DNA of 60,465 nucleotides, the filler included, from Rhabdomonas costata (taxonomy: Eukaryota): the NCBI GenBank assembly GCA_019059605.1. It is 16 parts of 16 records of this genome, joined end to end, with 100 filler letters (N's around TTAATTAATTAA, not from the genome) between each part and the next. Parts side by side here need not be neighbours in the genome. Positions count along the whole stretch, not along the records: positions 11,383 to 15,069 come from JAHMHO010000603.1; positions 15,170 to 18,857 come from JAHMHO010000604.1; positions 18,958 to 22,645 come from JAHMHO010000605.1; positions 22,746 to 26,434 come from JAHMHO010000606.1; 12 more parts are not named here. One strand, 5' to 3'. Position numbers and translations under genes: made by a program. Shown here piece after piece: positions 13,471 through 25,217 of the stretch (position 1 is the first letter of the stretch; each line of letters starts with the position of its first letter). The notes beneath the pieces were generated by a model. It made no database searches. It worked only from the letters and a program-made list of their open reading frames with translations, and was not told the DNA's origin.

Positions 13471-14418
13471 CCGCTCGGCCAACTCCTCCGCCACGCCACT
13501 TGGACTCGGCCGCGGCTATGCGCACTGGATCTCACGGGTGCCTCTCTCAACCACCTCCACTTTGGCGAAGAGGCTCCCTTGATTGGCCACCAACCCCATG
13601 TAACCTGCGTCACGGTGTCACCTGACGGCACCCGCATTGTCAGCGGGGGTGGGGACGTGAGAATTAGTGTTTGGAATCTGGAAAGTGGAATGGAGGAGGC
13701 AAGTCTTGCCGGCCACAGTCGACAAGTGACCTCGGTTGCCGTGACTCCTGATTGCACCCGCATCGTCAGTGGAAGTTGTGACGACAAGATTGTCGTCTGG
13801 AACCGCGAGTCGGGAAAGGAAGAAAGAGTCATTGATGAGGTCACAGACGGAGTGACCTCGGTTGCCGTTACTCCCGATGGCACCTGCATAGTCAGCGGAA
13901 GTGTGGAGAACACGATTAAGGTTTGGGATCTCGAGACGGGAAAGGAGGAAAGAGTTCTTGCTGGTCACACTCGCGACGTGACCTCCGTGGCGGTGACACC
14001 GGATAGCACCCGCATCGTCAGCGGAAGTGAGGACAATACGATAAAGGTTTGGATTCTGAGCACCCGCGGAGACCACTGTGAAACGTGTGGCCAGAGCCTC
14101 ACCGACAGTGCCCTGAGTCAATTGCCCAATGCACAGCTGGCAATGATCGACCGCTTCGGCAATTTCTGTAGCCATTGCGGCCGCGACAACTTCTCGATGA
14201 GTACTCTGGGGTACGGGGGTCCGATCGTGAAGAAGGTTATGCTGTCCGAGGGCTGTGCAGCGCCCTCGCTGCTCAATGGACCGAGGTACGTCCCGGTGAG
14301 CATACTTCTCGTTTTTTTGTTGCGGATTCAATACATCTGTGGTCTTGATGCCATGGAACCGTGTGTTCGCGTGGGCCCTTCGAACATTCCAATAAACATT
14401 GCTAAAAAACGATTATAA
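13471..14418 (+). CDS. Pentapeptide-repeat remnant + 4 WD40 repeats + CxxC..CxxC zinc ribbon; 5' end disrupted (possible pseudogene)
   Basis: Four similar WD40 units (GH..VTSVAVTPD.TRIVSGS.D.TIKVW). The frame extends upstream of 13579 through LRHATWTRPRLCALDLTGASLNHLHFGEE to a TGA at 13468. CETC..FCSHC follows the repeats. Possible donor at 14286. Confidence 0.85.
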   Translation, partial: PLGQLLRHATWTRPRLCALDLTGASLNHLHFGEEAPLIGHQPHVTCVTVSPDGTRIVSGGGDVRISVWNLESGMEEASLAGHSRQVTSVAVTPDCTRIVSGSCDDKIVVWNRESGKEERVIDEVTDGVTSVAVTPDGTCIVSGSVENTIKVWDLETGKEERVLAGHTRDVTSVAVTPDSTRIVSGSEDNTIKVWILSTRGDHCETCGQSLTDSALSQLPNAQLAMIDRFGNFCSHCGRDNFSMSTLGYGGPIVKKVMLSEGCAAPSLLNGPRYVPVSILLVFLLRIQYICGLDAMEPCVRVGPSNIPINIAKKRL

Positions 14419-16059
14419 CTGTTGAACTCTCAGCTAAGGAGACGAAAGAACTTCAACGCTTGCATTGTCAGGTGTGGATCGATGGCCGGTAGTGGCTTGG
14501 GTGGCTTGGTCGTGCTCAACTCCGACTTACCTGTCAGGTCCGTGTTGTTCCCTCTGATTTACAGGCCGCATAAAGGCGACTTTTTTCAGATTACGGGATC
14601 CCTGCTCGGTAGGCGTCAACGCAGTCTTTTCAGGTTGGGAGACGGGCGGTGCCTTTGCATTCGTGCGCGCATTGGGCTGCACTCACGTGGCTCTTGCCAG
14701 GACTGCGTAGATGTTCATGTTGTCAGCGTTTTGTTTTGTTTTTTGCTTTCGCGGAGTGCAGGTAAAGCCGAGCCTTCCGCTTCCCACGCGTTGCTTATCG
14801 ATTCCAGAAGAACAGTGCACACCACGGTGGTGGCTGTTTTTTTTCAGTCGCGGTCGCGATTCTTGCCCCCGCATATCAAACGTCCGCTGTGCGAAAATGT
14901 ACGCTTCATGTGCATGCGCAGCTGAGGCTTTTGCAGCACAGGCCCTCCGGTGCCTGTTGAGCTGCGGTCACCTATGCGATTTCTTCATTTTTATTCCGCA
15001 GGAGCCACTGCCGCAGAAGAGTGGACGCAGCTCAACAGGCACCGGAGGGCCTGTGCTGCAAAACCCACANNNNNNNNNNNNNNNNNNNNNNNNNNNNNNN
15101 NNNNNNNNNNNNNTTAATTAATTAANNNNNNNNNNNNNNNNNNNNNNNNNNNNNNNNNNNNNNNNNNNNGTTGTGGTGTGCTGCCCAAAGTCCCACTTGG
15201 CCTTTGGCACTTGATGTCAAATGAATTCCTTTAAGGCCTTTTTGAGGACGTGCCCTGGTTGGTAAATAACCCTCTTCCGACCGTTGTCCTGCCAGGTTGA
15301 TAAGTCATTGGTACGGGTGACTGGGACTGGGCATCGTTGTGAATCCTCTTCACATGAGGCGGAAATTTTTCCGAAAATGCCGTGGGAAAGCCCCATCTGA
15401 AATTTGCATTACCCGCTTGCTTGGAATTCAGATCCCAATATCAAGCCTATTTTGTCTGCTAATTGGTGTGTTCGCGCAGATTCCTTCCCTTGATCGAGGC
15501 TGGTGTCAGTTGCAATTGAAAAATCGGCCGTTTGCTCAGTAAGGCTCCAAGATAAGGGTCCGCGCCGATTTTTGTGCGCTCTCTTTTGTAGCGGTTCGAT
15601 AACTCTGCCTGTCTTGCTTTCCTTGAGTGTATGGCGGGGCACTGAGGTTTTTATGTGTGAGTGACGCGGTACTGAGGCTGCACCCCTCTTCTCCCCTTCT
15701 TTGCCCAGCTGTGCCAAGCTTGGGCCTGTTTAAGGAGCTCCACAGAAGGATACAGACCACCGCAGGGGTGCAGCTTGTGTGTGAGGCTTTTGGAAACTGA
15801 CCTCAGAACAAAAATTGCAGCTGCATTAGCGCCGATGAAAGCCAACCTCATCTGAGAAGTATCGGAGAATTGTTCCAGTGGAATTTATTGCTCCACATTG
15901 GAGAAGGGGGTTTCCTGGAATGAGCTGCAACTGGCTGCCTGGTCTCCTGACTCCTGCATTCCACCCGCAGCGTCCTATTTTCTGAAAACTAAAGCTGCAG
16001 GAGCTCCTTAAACAGATAGCACGCTAAACCGCTAAACCGCAGCCCAGTGAACGCTTGAA

Positions 16060-18509
16060 ATGGTGTCCTTAGCGGTTCCCTTCGAAGTTCCTGAGCCCTG
16101 CCGCGGCCCCTCTCATTCCGATGGGCGGCCGGCGGCCCTGGAGCCCAGCCCGTCGTGGGTCTCCGGGGCCTCCACCCCGAGAAGGACCCTGAGCCGGTTC
16201 TCCGTGCGCACCGTCAGCACCGTCAGGGACTACTGGCGGCTCAGTCCCCAAATCGCTGCAGGTCTCCCTCTGTTTGGGGAAAATGTATCAAGAAACAGAG
16301 GCTGCAGCCAGGGAAACGAAGTTCAATGCCAAACCAATCCTCAGAAGGGTCTTACGTCTCAATGCGTTTTACTTCTTTTTTCGTTGCATTCAAAGCGTAA
16401 CAGTGAAAAGCGTTGTTTTTGTACGGGTCGCAGCATTCTTGGCGTGAGCACCGATGAGGAAATGTGGAAAAAAATTTCCATCGAATGTTGAGGGGAGAAT
16501 TAATTTGATTACCAGCTGCATTTTATCACACTATAACTTCACTGAGGGGCTGTGTGATTTGCGTCAGAGGTTTCAGATGCGGGAGTCCCAAAGGTATAGG
16601 ATGCTGTGTTTTTCCTCCAGGATCGCATCCCACTGACCTTCTTTCGTTTTCTGCCACAGCTGCCGCTCCTGAAGAGACCCTGCTGACCGCCATACGGCTT
16701 TCCAGCCGGAGTCTAAACTATGGCTCTGTGGTGGTGAGCTCTTCTGGGGAAGCAACCGAATCATTTCCGGTACTTCTGATTGTGTCGTAATACGTAATAC
16801 TCACCATTTCATCGCCTCATGGAGGCTGTGTGCGCAGAGGCCTTGCCTTTTGCACCCTCTGGTTTCGCCTACATTCTTCTGTTTCCTTGCATTTATCTCG
16901 CACTTTTCTCCACTTCATTCTTTTCCACCACCCCACCCCTGTCACCTTCTTGTTTTCTCTCTCTCATTTTCTTCATGGTTAGCCCTTCTTTTGGCAGTTT
17001 TTTTTATGCCTTTCTGTGGTTCTTCTTAGCATTAGCATTGTTACAACCTTTCAAAGAGAGTGTGATTTACTTTCTCAATGTCACTCATTTGTATGTATGG
17101 TATGGTTTGTTTTCTTTAACCCCCCCCCCCCAAACCAAAAACATTCGTAAGATGGACTTTAGACGTGAGTTGGGTTTGTTTTCCACGCTCTCGCCTCATC
17201 AGGGCGTCGAAGAGGGCAGCACACTTTGGGAGGCTCTTCTGAATGCTGTGAATCTTCTGGCGGGGATCGGCCTGCTGTCGCTGCCGTACTGCCTGCTACT
17301 GTGCGGGTGGGCCGGAACCGTGCTGATCGTGGCCGCGGGGGTACTGCACCCCCCCCCCATCTGTGAGCATTTGCTGGCGAGAAAAAACCTGATTTGGTCA
17401 CCAGTCATTCTTTGGAATGGTGGTCGAAGGACCCACACGAGAACATTTCATCTCTGAGACAGTTTACCAACGACAATATTTGCCCTTATGTGTTGTCTCC
17501 TCCGCGTTACTCCGCGCAAGAAGAAAATATAAAGTCGTTTGTGTGTGTAAAGTTGTTTGTGGGTTGTTTGTGCGCGGTGTTTGTAATACTTTTCTTCGCT
17601 GTACCCGTGGTTTGAGTGAACAAAAGAGCATTGCTGTTACTCCCATGCACGAAGGAAACGTTGTATTGACCCAACATTGTATTGACCCAAAAGGCCCACC
17701 GTGGTTTGGAACGGTTGTGGAGGTGAGATCCACCACACGTCACCACAGGTTGTTTTTTGTGCACTTAGCTGGTGTGCTGCTACACTGGGCTTCTGCTGGG
17801 GCGGTTGATGAGGCTTGACCCTCGGCTGCGGACGTACACAGACATCGGCGCTGTCGCCTTTGGGTTCCGGGGGCACGTGGCGCTTTGCGTCATTTTCTTC
17901 CTGGCATGCTTCGCATTTGTCTGCAATTCGCGTGGGGCGGAATACTGTGCTTGTCGGGTTTCGTTGCGCTGGGACTTCACCACGAATTCCGCGACATACT
18001 AGCTTTGGTACGCAAGAGCTATTATGCGTAATATGATTTCATACTACCATGGCAATCATATCGAAAGTAAGACCAGCGATGTGACAAGCATGCGACTGAC
18101 GTACAACATTTCCAAATTTTGATTGTTATTGAAAAAAGTTTCGCAAACCCTTCCTCCCCATGCTCTTCAGAATTTTGCTTTTCAGGAACAAATAGCAGCA
18201 GGGCAAAAAAATTCCTTTCTGTAGATCCATTTAAATTCCCCGAATTTCAAACAACAAACAGAATAAATTTGAAAAGTGCCTGTGCACGCACACACACACT
18301 TTTCAAACGCTCTGTTTCGCTCTGTTTTCGAGTGTTCACCCACTTGGGGCTCGCCCACGCAGGAAATCTTTGGGTTTGTTGTTGCGGAGCTGGTACTGAT
18401 CGCGGAGACTATGGCGGTGTTTCTCCCTGCGCTGCCGCTGTCCTGGTGGCTGCTGCTGTCCTTCCTCGCCGTCTATCCCACGGCGCTATGTTACAACCTC
18501 TCCAGCCTG
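16060..18509 (+). CDS. Amino-acid transporter, Aa_trans/AVT1 (vacuolar) family, N-terminal part
   Basis: Exons 16060-16261, 16621-16733, 17203-17340 (NAVNLLAGIGLLSLPY..GW), 17769-17903 (CCYTGLLL..TYTDIGAVAFG), 18363-18509 (EIFGFVVAELVL). Phases are consistent. Confidence 0.9.
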
Positions 18510-19835
18510 GTCTCGCTGCCTATATCTCAACCCAAAACCAAACCTGTCCTGTCTTCAAGCCCACCCAAAGAGGACGTATAACTCAACAGGAACTGTACCT
18601 CCAGGCATCATTGGCATGGACCCCCACCCCATTTACGGTGCATGTTGCAGACACATGGAATTGGTGCATTGAGGTTGAGTTGGGTGGAAGGCGGGTAGGG
18701 TCCATAAAATGCTCCGTAAATGAGAGAGGGTCCCGAAATGTACTTGATGGGGGAGAGGGTCCCCAAAATGCCTCAGCGCCAAAGTTGTATAGAAGTCTCT
18801 CCCTTTTCCCTTTGAGCATTTGAGCATTTCCGCTGTTGGGACCTATTAAACAACAACNNNNNNNNNNNNNNNNNNNNNNNNNNNNNNNNNNNNNNNNNNN
18901 NTTAATTAATTAANNNNNNNNNNNNNNNNNNNNNNNNNNNNNNNNNNNNNNNNNNNNTGTGTTGTGTGCGCTGCCGTAAAGAAAAAAGCCGTCATTAATC
19001 AATCTATAACGCTTACTTTCTGTCTTAGATGTGTTTAGTGTTACCTAAATGGTGTGTTGCAGTTTCTTGATATTTGCAAAGTATTGGAATAACTGATTAC
19101 AAAGGTTAACAAATTTCTAGAAAGTCAAAGTTTCCTGAAAAGATTCACAAAATTGACAAGAAAAGTACAAGGGACAAATTTCTTAAATGAACACGTCTTT
19201 TGCTACCTATTCCATTTGATTAATCATTCCAGTTGATGGGAAACTTTAAAACTATCCAGTCCCAAGTGCCCATCATTTCAGGCATTGAGAATCTAAACAA
19301 ATTCCAGACAGTTTTTGTACCCATGGAATTTTACTTGTATTTGGTTACCTATAAAATACTGTACTGTAGTTTCCGAGTTTCTGCAAATATTAAGATTAAT
19401 ACTATTAATCAGTCATTTGCAAAAACGTTCGCAATGACTTTGCCATGATTCAAATATAAAAAGACTACAACATGTAAAATGATTAAATAATAGTAAAATA
19501 CTAGTCTTAAGAGCATAGCCTTAAATAGAGTTAGCCACGGACCTTAAATTGTGCTGAAAACAGCTCTATCTGCTGATGTTTTGTTGAGACACTAGGCGCC
19601 AATTAAAGGCAGGCGCAACGTTATTTTTCCAGATTTCGGCTTATTTGGCGTATTTCTATAAATTACTTGTACACGTATTGGGATATAAACGGGTTATGCG
19701 TTTTCTAAAGACTAATTTAGTAGATTTCTGTTAAACGAAATCTGATTCCATGTTTTCCGTTGAACCTTTCATGTGGAACTAAAATCTTGGCGCTACGGCG
19801 TTATGGAGACCCCCGCCTATCCCAGATTTCCTTCT

Positions 19836-19865
19836 GGTCCAACTCCAATGGAGTTGGACGCCGTG
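19836..19865 (+). mobile_element. Ty3/gypsy Gag-like GPTPMELDA motif (relic)
   Basis: PxPME(L/I)D is a typical Ty3/gypsy Gag motif; no extended ORF around it. Confidence 0.3.
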
Positions 19866-21149
19866 AAGTTCTCCCCGTGGTCTGATTTCTGGACCTGGTC
19901 TGTTTTCCATGCATTCACACGCCACTCATGGACTTGGAGCCTGTTTGTCTCTATCGACTGCTTATTTTACGACTAACGTAACAACACAAATGCCTAAAGT
20001 CGCAGTAGCCATCAGTTCCCGAAATTGCTACGAGCTCCATGCAAAGCACCCCCACGTAAGTCCCAACATGGGCCGCGGCATAGAACGCGGCAGAAGAGAT
20101 TCCACCTACCGCTTAAAAGATAGAGACGAGCGGATACCGTTCCGAGATGCGCGCTACTCCCACAAAACGTTTACGACGGAGGCCGTTATCGGTACCGCTA
20201 TCATAACAGAAACAAAAGGGACTCACCTTCGAGGGCCTCCGAGATCTAGGTGACCAAATTCCGTGAGCGCGAGACAAAGTTAACGAGCGTAGCATCCGGA
20301 GGCCACAGTCCCCGCCCTCCAAGACAACAAACTAGTCTCACCATGATCCAGAGGACAATCTACAATCACCAGGTGGGTACCCACGCAGGATCGTACCTGT
20401 CACTACTGGGCATTTTATCAGAATTTGCACAGCGGAATATAGAGTCACCGAGAGATAATAAGGATGAGCACAGTGTGTTGTGTAGCTGGTCGATTGTGTA
20501 GTGCGTATTGTTGGTTTTTATAGGTCAAACTGGGGCTGGAGATGAGATGGGAGCCTGTCTCCCGATATGGTTGAGCCACATGCTGTCCAGGTTGTTGTGT
20601 AGAGATGTGGAGAGCTTTACAATTACTGTAATTGTATCTGTACGGACGGAATACGTGGTGGAAGCGAGGCTATGTGATTAATTTTGACTGAGTCATCTTC
20701 ATAAGACAAGGCGCCAGCGACGAACATCTAACGGCTTTTCGTGTGTTGCGCACTTCAAAGTAAAACCGCTCGCGTGGTGTTGTCAGTGGATTCTTACGAG
20801 GCGTCATGAGTAAGTATGTCTGAGTCTCAACCAGATCCAGGAAAGTTTCGAATAATACTTCCACTGTTTTTGAAAACTTTAACTCATGTCATTAGAACGA
20901 CATTTAATGCGTGTTGCGTCTGCGCCAGTAGTGATGCGAAGTCATCTGCGTGTGTTGCGCCATTACGTCTGATGCTTTAACTTAAAAAGATTTCGACCTA
21001 ACAACAGTTATCGTGCGTTGCGAGACTGCCACCACTCAGAAATTTGACAGACGGGAATTATGTGCTGTTTAACCACCGTCAAATTGCGACACAGAGTCAC
21101 TGTCACGTGGGAGGCTGTAAGTGCCCCTGTAAAGCGATCCAAAATTGCT

Positions 21150-22170
21150 GTCACGTGTGATGCGGTCAGCAGGCGAGTACAGTAACCCGCAGACGACAAA
21201 TCATGCGAGAGACGTGCGATGCGCAGTCGTGTAATCAAAGCCTTGAAGCCTCGCTCTAAATGAAGCGATTTGCCACTGTCGCAACTTGAGATGATGAATA
21301 GGACGAGGAGGTGGCAGCACTGCCAGTCGTGCCTCTCGTAGCTGTTTGGGCTGCCTGAGAAGACAAGAGACGCCACAAGCGCCTTCTTAGTGTGAATAGT
21401 GTGCACTCCTCCAGGAAAAGCTCATTTCTGGCTCCCCGGTGGCGCTTGCAGAGAATGCCGAGGAGGAGTCGGAGCGGCAGCCACTGCAGAAGAGGATGGG
21501 TGTTGTTGTTGCTGGTGCACAATGTGACGTAGGTTGGCCTTCCATGTCTGCAGAAATGTGGGACAGGCGTCTTGCCGGATGCTGACAGCCCAGCGATTGT
21601 TTGCGGTGTGGCAAATCCCGGAGAAGAGTACCATTCTGGTCTTTGTGTGGTGGAGTCAGCCAGAGAGCTCCGAGTAGGCAGCTGCAGCGTTCACCAGGCG
21701 CTTGGTGAAGTAATTCAGTAGGGACAAAAGCTCCGTATTGCACATGGATAAAGCTCCTGGTTGTCGAATTCCCACAAAAAATAAGGTTCACTGATGTTTT
21801 GCCATGTTTCAGAGGAACTGCTTGCATGTGTAAGTGCTCCTAAACCCAGTTATGCAACGTTGGGAGGCATTCATGTTGAATGAACGCAACGTTGGCTATG
21901 TCTGAGCCGGAGCAGGAGGAGCGGGTGTCGTCTCCTGCTCCTCTGCCCGCATCTCCGACACGGAAAGCTCTCTTGTGGAGAGGCGATCGAGACTGCACAG
22001 CAAAAAAAACTGATGAAGAAGAGTGGGAGGCCTCCTGCTCGTCCATCAGACGCTCCCTCCGGCGAAGAACCGCGGCTAGGCGTTCGCAAAAGGCTGAGGT
22101 GAAAGGCGCGACCCAAGGTTCCACTCCATGGATTAACCCCCTAATACAAAGGAGGATCACACCCACTTCC
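21150..22170 (-). mobile_element. Heavily decayed Ty3/gypsy-like pol relic
   Basis: Ordered motif remnants across frames: GVI..PWVAP, LHKRAFR, LLG, LRDLPH, LEECTLFT, RLQGFDYTTAHR (RT to RNase H order). Confidence 0.35.
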
Positions 22171-23109
22171 AGCTGTTGAAGATGAGCGCTGATCCGTCCA
22201 GCAGGAGTTGATGAGCTGAGTGTGTTTCCTCACGCCTTTAACCACAATATACGTGGTCTATAGACCCCGTAGCGTGGCATCCCACAAGGAAGTGAGCGTT
22301 ATCTTACACATCAGTGGAGCAATCCAGGCACTGCGTTGGCGTAGCCAAACGTGCTGTAACCAAGCGAGTCCGAGTACATGAAACAGCTAGACAGCATCAG
22401 CGTAGAGGGGATTCGAGAAAAATACCTCTACGGATCACGCGGCGGCTTGCTTGGCCAAAGACCACCCACATCGGACAACTACTGTTTCTACCGCTTACTT
22501 TTGGTAAACATGTAGTGCCGGACCTGTTGTATTTAGGAGCTGGATTTATTCACGAGAGAATCCCTGTTCACTTAACTGCACATACAGTAAAAACGTGTGA
22601 AGAATTTAATGTCAGAGAGAGTCGGAACAATCTCACATAATATCANNNNNNNNNNNNNNNNNNNNNNNNNNNNNNNNNNNNNNNNNNNNTTAATTAATTA
22701 ANNNNNNNNNNNNNNNNNNNNNNNNNNNNNNNNNNNNNNNNNNNNGTTGGCGGTTCTCATTAATTCCATCAGAAAGTAGCACGTGCGAATGAAAAGTTGG
22801 TATATAGTATCCGACATTATCAGGACAACAGGGATCCATACTGTCCAGCGTCGAATGGCTCGAGCAAAGCAAGCGGTACAAAGGCAGCAGAAAAAAGAAA
22901 GAGAAGAAGGGGAAGGGGAATGAAAAGGAGAGTATGCTAGGAAATGCGCACGTCTGGACACAACGTGGGCAGAGCAAGGAAGTTTATGGGTGCGTGAGCA
23001 AGGCACAGGAAAAGAAAATGCAGCCGCAAACGGGCGGGTGCGCGAGGGGATGAGAGTAACGCGAAACAAATGATGCACAAAAACGCAATCCGATGGCCAA
23101 GCAGGCTGA

Positions 23110-25217
23110 TCAGTAGCGAAGAAGGTGCGCTTGAATTTCCCGGTTGTGCTCAGGGTTGGACAGCACGCCAATCATAAACTTTATCATCTCACCCTCCGAA
23201 AATGGCACATTGGCGGTGACACCAGGATCGTCGGTGTCACAGTAGCTATATTTCCAAAGGCCTATCTTCGCAAGGCTTTTGAGCTTGGTTCTCCAGCCAA
23301 GCAGTTCCTCAACCGAGCCTATTCCGCACTCCCTCATCTTCTCCGCCAAATGCCCCAGCTCAAAAACATGAAGCACTCGCCACAAGTGGTGGAACCGCCG
23401 GGCCTCCTCCAGCTCGGGCTCGGTACCGAACTCCCACCGGGGCGACAGCGGAGCCAGAAGCGTGAACTTGTTTCCCTCCACCACAGGCACCGCATACTCC
23501 GGGGGTGGTGTGTAGCCTGTTGGGTTTGGGGTGTTATGCTCCGCGTACCACGCACCGACTCGCCCCACAACCAGCCGGAAGAACTGCCGGCGACCCCCCT
23601 CAGGCATCCGCAGCGACTCGTGGGGGGTGCGGTCCGTCATCCACACCAGCTCACCAGCCCCAAGGCGCTTGCAAGGCACCCCGCGCAGCAGAGCCCGGCA
23701 GTGCTCCAGGCCCCCATGGGGGTGCACCACGGAGCCCTGGTCGTCGACAACGTGGCAGTTCCACACCGCCGTGCTGGAGTCCACTGTCGAGCACACAAAG
23801 ATCCCGCCCTTCACCCAGGATTGCCGCATCGGGCCCCGGCCCCATGGCAGCGACACCGCGTGGACGTGACGCGCGGAGCCCCGTGGATACAGCGGGAAGA
23901 ACGACGACTCCACGTGCGGCAGGGTCTCCCCTCGATATCCTCCCCAGAACCTTCCAAATTATCCATCAGAGTTTCAATGGTTAGTGTCATGGGACAAACA
24001 TGGTGTGGGTGCGATGGGGGTGCATCGCACGTACTATATATTGGATTGGTAATTGAGCTGTAACAACGTTGAGTGCGTCGGACTGCAGCGTCTTTGCATT
24101 TGCCATGGGCTCGTACCTGTTTGCTTTTACGAAAGGAGACACAAAGGGTTAGAAACGCTGCTGGCCTGGGCGGAGGTAATCGTTCTGTTCTTCACCATTT
24201 AACAGAACTCCTCCTATGCCAAAAAGCTCGCCAAATGCATGAACAAAAGACGCGGTTGAAGTTAGGTTTGGTGGTGGAGAAAAGTAAAAAAGGTAACGAC
24301 AGTAAAAATAGACAGGTGCAAACAACCTTCCAAATAATCCAACAGAGTTAAAATAGTTAGTGTCATGGGACAAGAGTAGGGGTGGGTGCGAAGGGGTTGC
24401 ATCGCACGTTCTAAACATTGGTGCCATTGAGCTGTATCAACGTTGATTTAGTCGGACTTAGCGTGTTTGCATTTGCCATGGCTCTTATCTGCTTCCCTTT
24501 ACGAAAGGAGGGGAACAGGTGGACGACTTTTTTCACTTATTGCGTGTGCCAGACAGACAATTTCGAAAGGAGAGTTGGGGGGATGTCGGAGTTAACCCCG
24601 TGCAGCCCGGGCCGGCGCTGAGCCTGCCCCAGCGCTACCTCCCGCTCATCTATGGTGAGGTACCCTACACCTCGGTGCTCCATGAATTCCGTGCACTTCT
24701 CGATCATTTTGACGTAGCCATGGCACCAGGTCGGCAGCGTCGCCCTGGGCTTGCCCAGCCAGAAGGGCATCATGTTCACATTCAGCACAGACCCCACCTG
24801 CCCTTTGTAGCTGTTCGGGGGAACCTCTGTGGGCGGGGGGAAGCTCAGCTCTGTGGCGAGCACGGCCATGGCGACCCCAGAGTACACCCCATCGGGCTGC
24901 GGGGGCTGCCAGTCACGGCCAAACCTCCGGGTGGAATCGCTCAGGTCTGGGATGTGGTCCATGGGAAGAAGCTCCTCTGGGGGTAGCCGCCTAGGGTGGC
25001 TGACGTTCCGGCCGCGGTAGCAGAAGAGCTTTGGGACGCCGCGGTGGATGTGAAGGGCCCACCACTCTTCACACGCAAGGCTTAAGATCACGCGCAGTAG
25101 GTCATGGTTATACCGAAGCTTGCTCAGAGCACTCGTGGGCTGCGCTGCGGCCCACAGGAAGGCATAGAGGTGTCGGTTGACGGGCGGACCATCATCGCGC
25201 TTCGGCTCTTCAGACAT
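23110..25217 (-). CDS. Uncharacterised protein with putative Fe(II)/2-oxoglutarate dioxygenase-like motifs, two exons
   Basis: Exon 25217-24600 (NVNMMPF..VGYLTIDE..QRRPGLH) joins in frame to exon 23913-23110 (VE..WGRG..GGIFVCS..ELVWMTDRTPHESL..RQFFRLV..WYAEHNTPNP). The joined protein has an H-x-E...H...R pattern. Confidence 0.75.
23914..24599 (-). mobile_element. MITE-like insertion / intervening sequence with imperfect ~50-nt terminal inverted repeats and a target-site duplication
   Basis: Minus strand reads gCTGCACG-gggttaactccgacatcccccc...ggggaggatatcgaggggagaccct-gCCGCACG-tggag. The two ends are imperfect reverse complements. Confidence 0.75.
23948..24510. repeat. Diverged ~190-nt direct repeat (23948-24138 and 24324-24510) inside the insertion
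   Basis: Shared blocks aaccttccaaat, gttagtgtcatgggacaa, tgcatcgcacgt, attgagctgta, tttgcatttgccatgg, tttacgaaaggag. Confidence 0.9.

Noticed and set aside
23125-24063. 312-aa plus-strand ORF, and similar long antisense ORFs at 13618-14331 and 47364-48125
   Set aside because: Antisense shadows of GC-rich real exons; no domain content.
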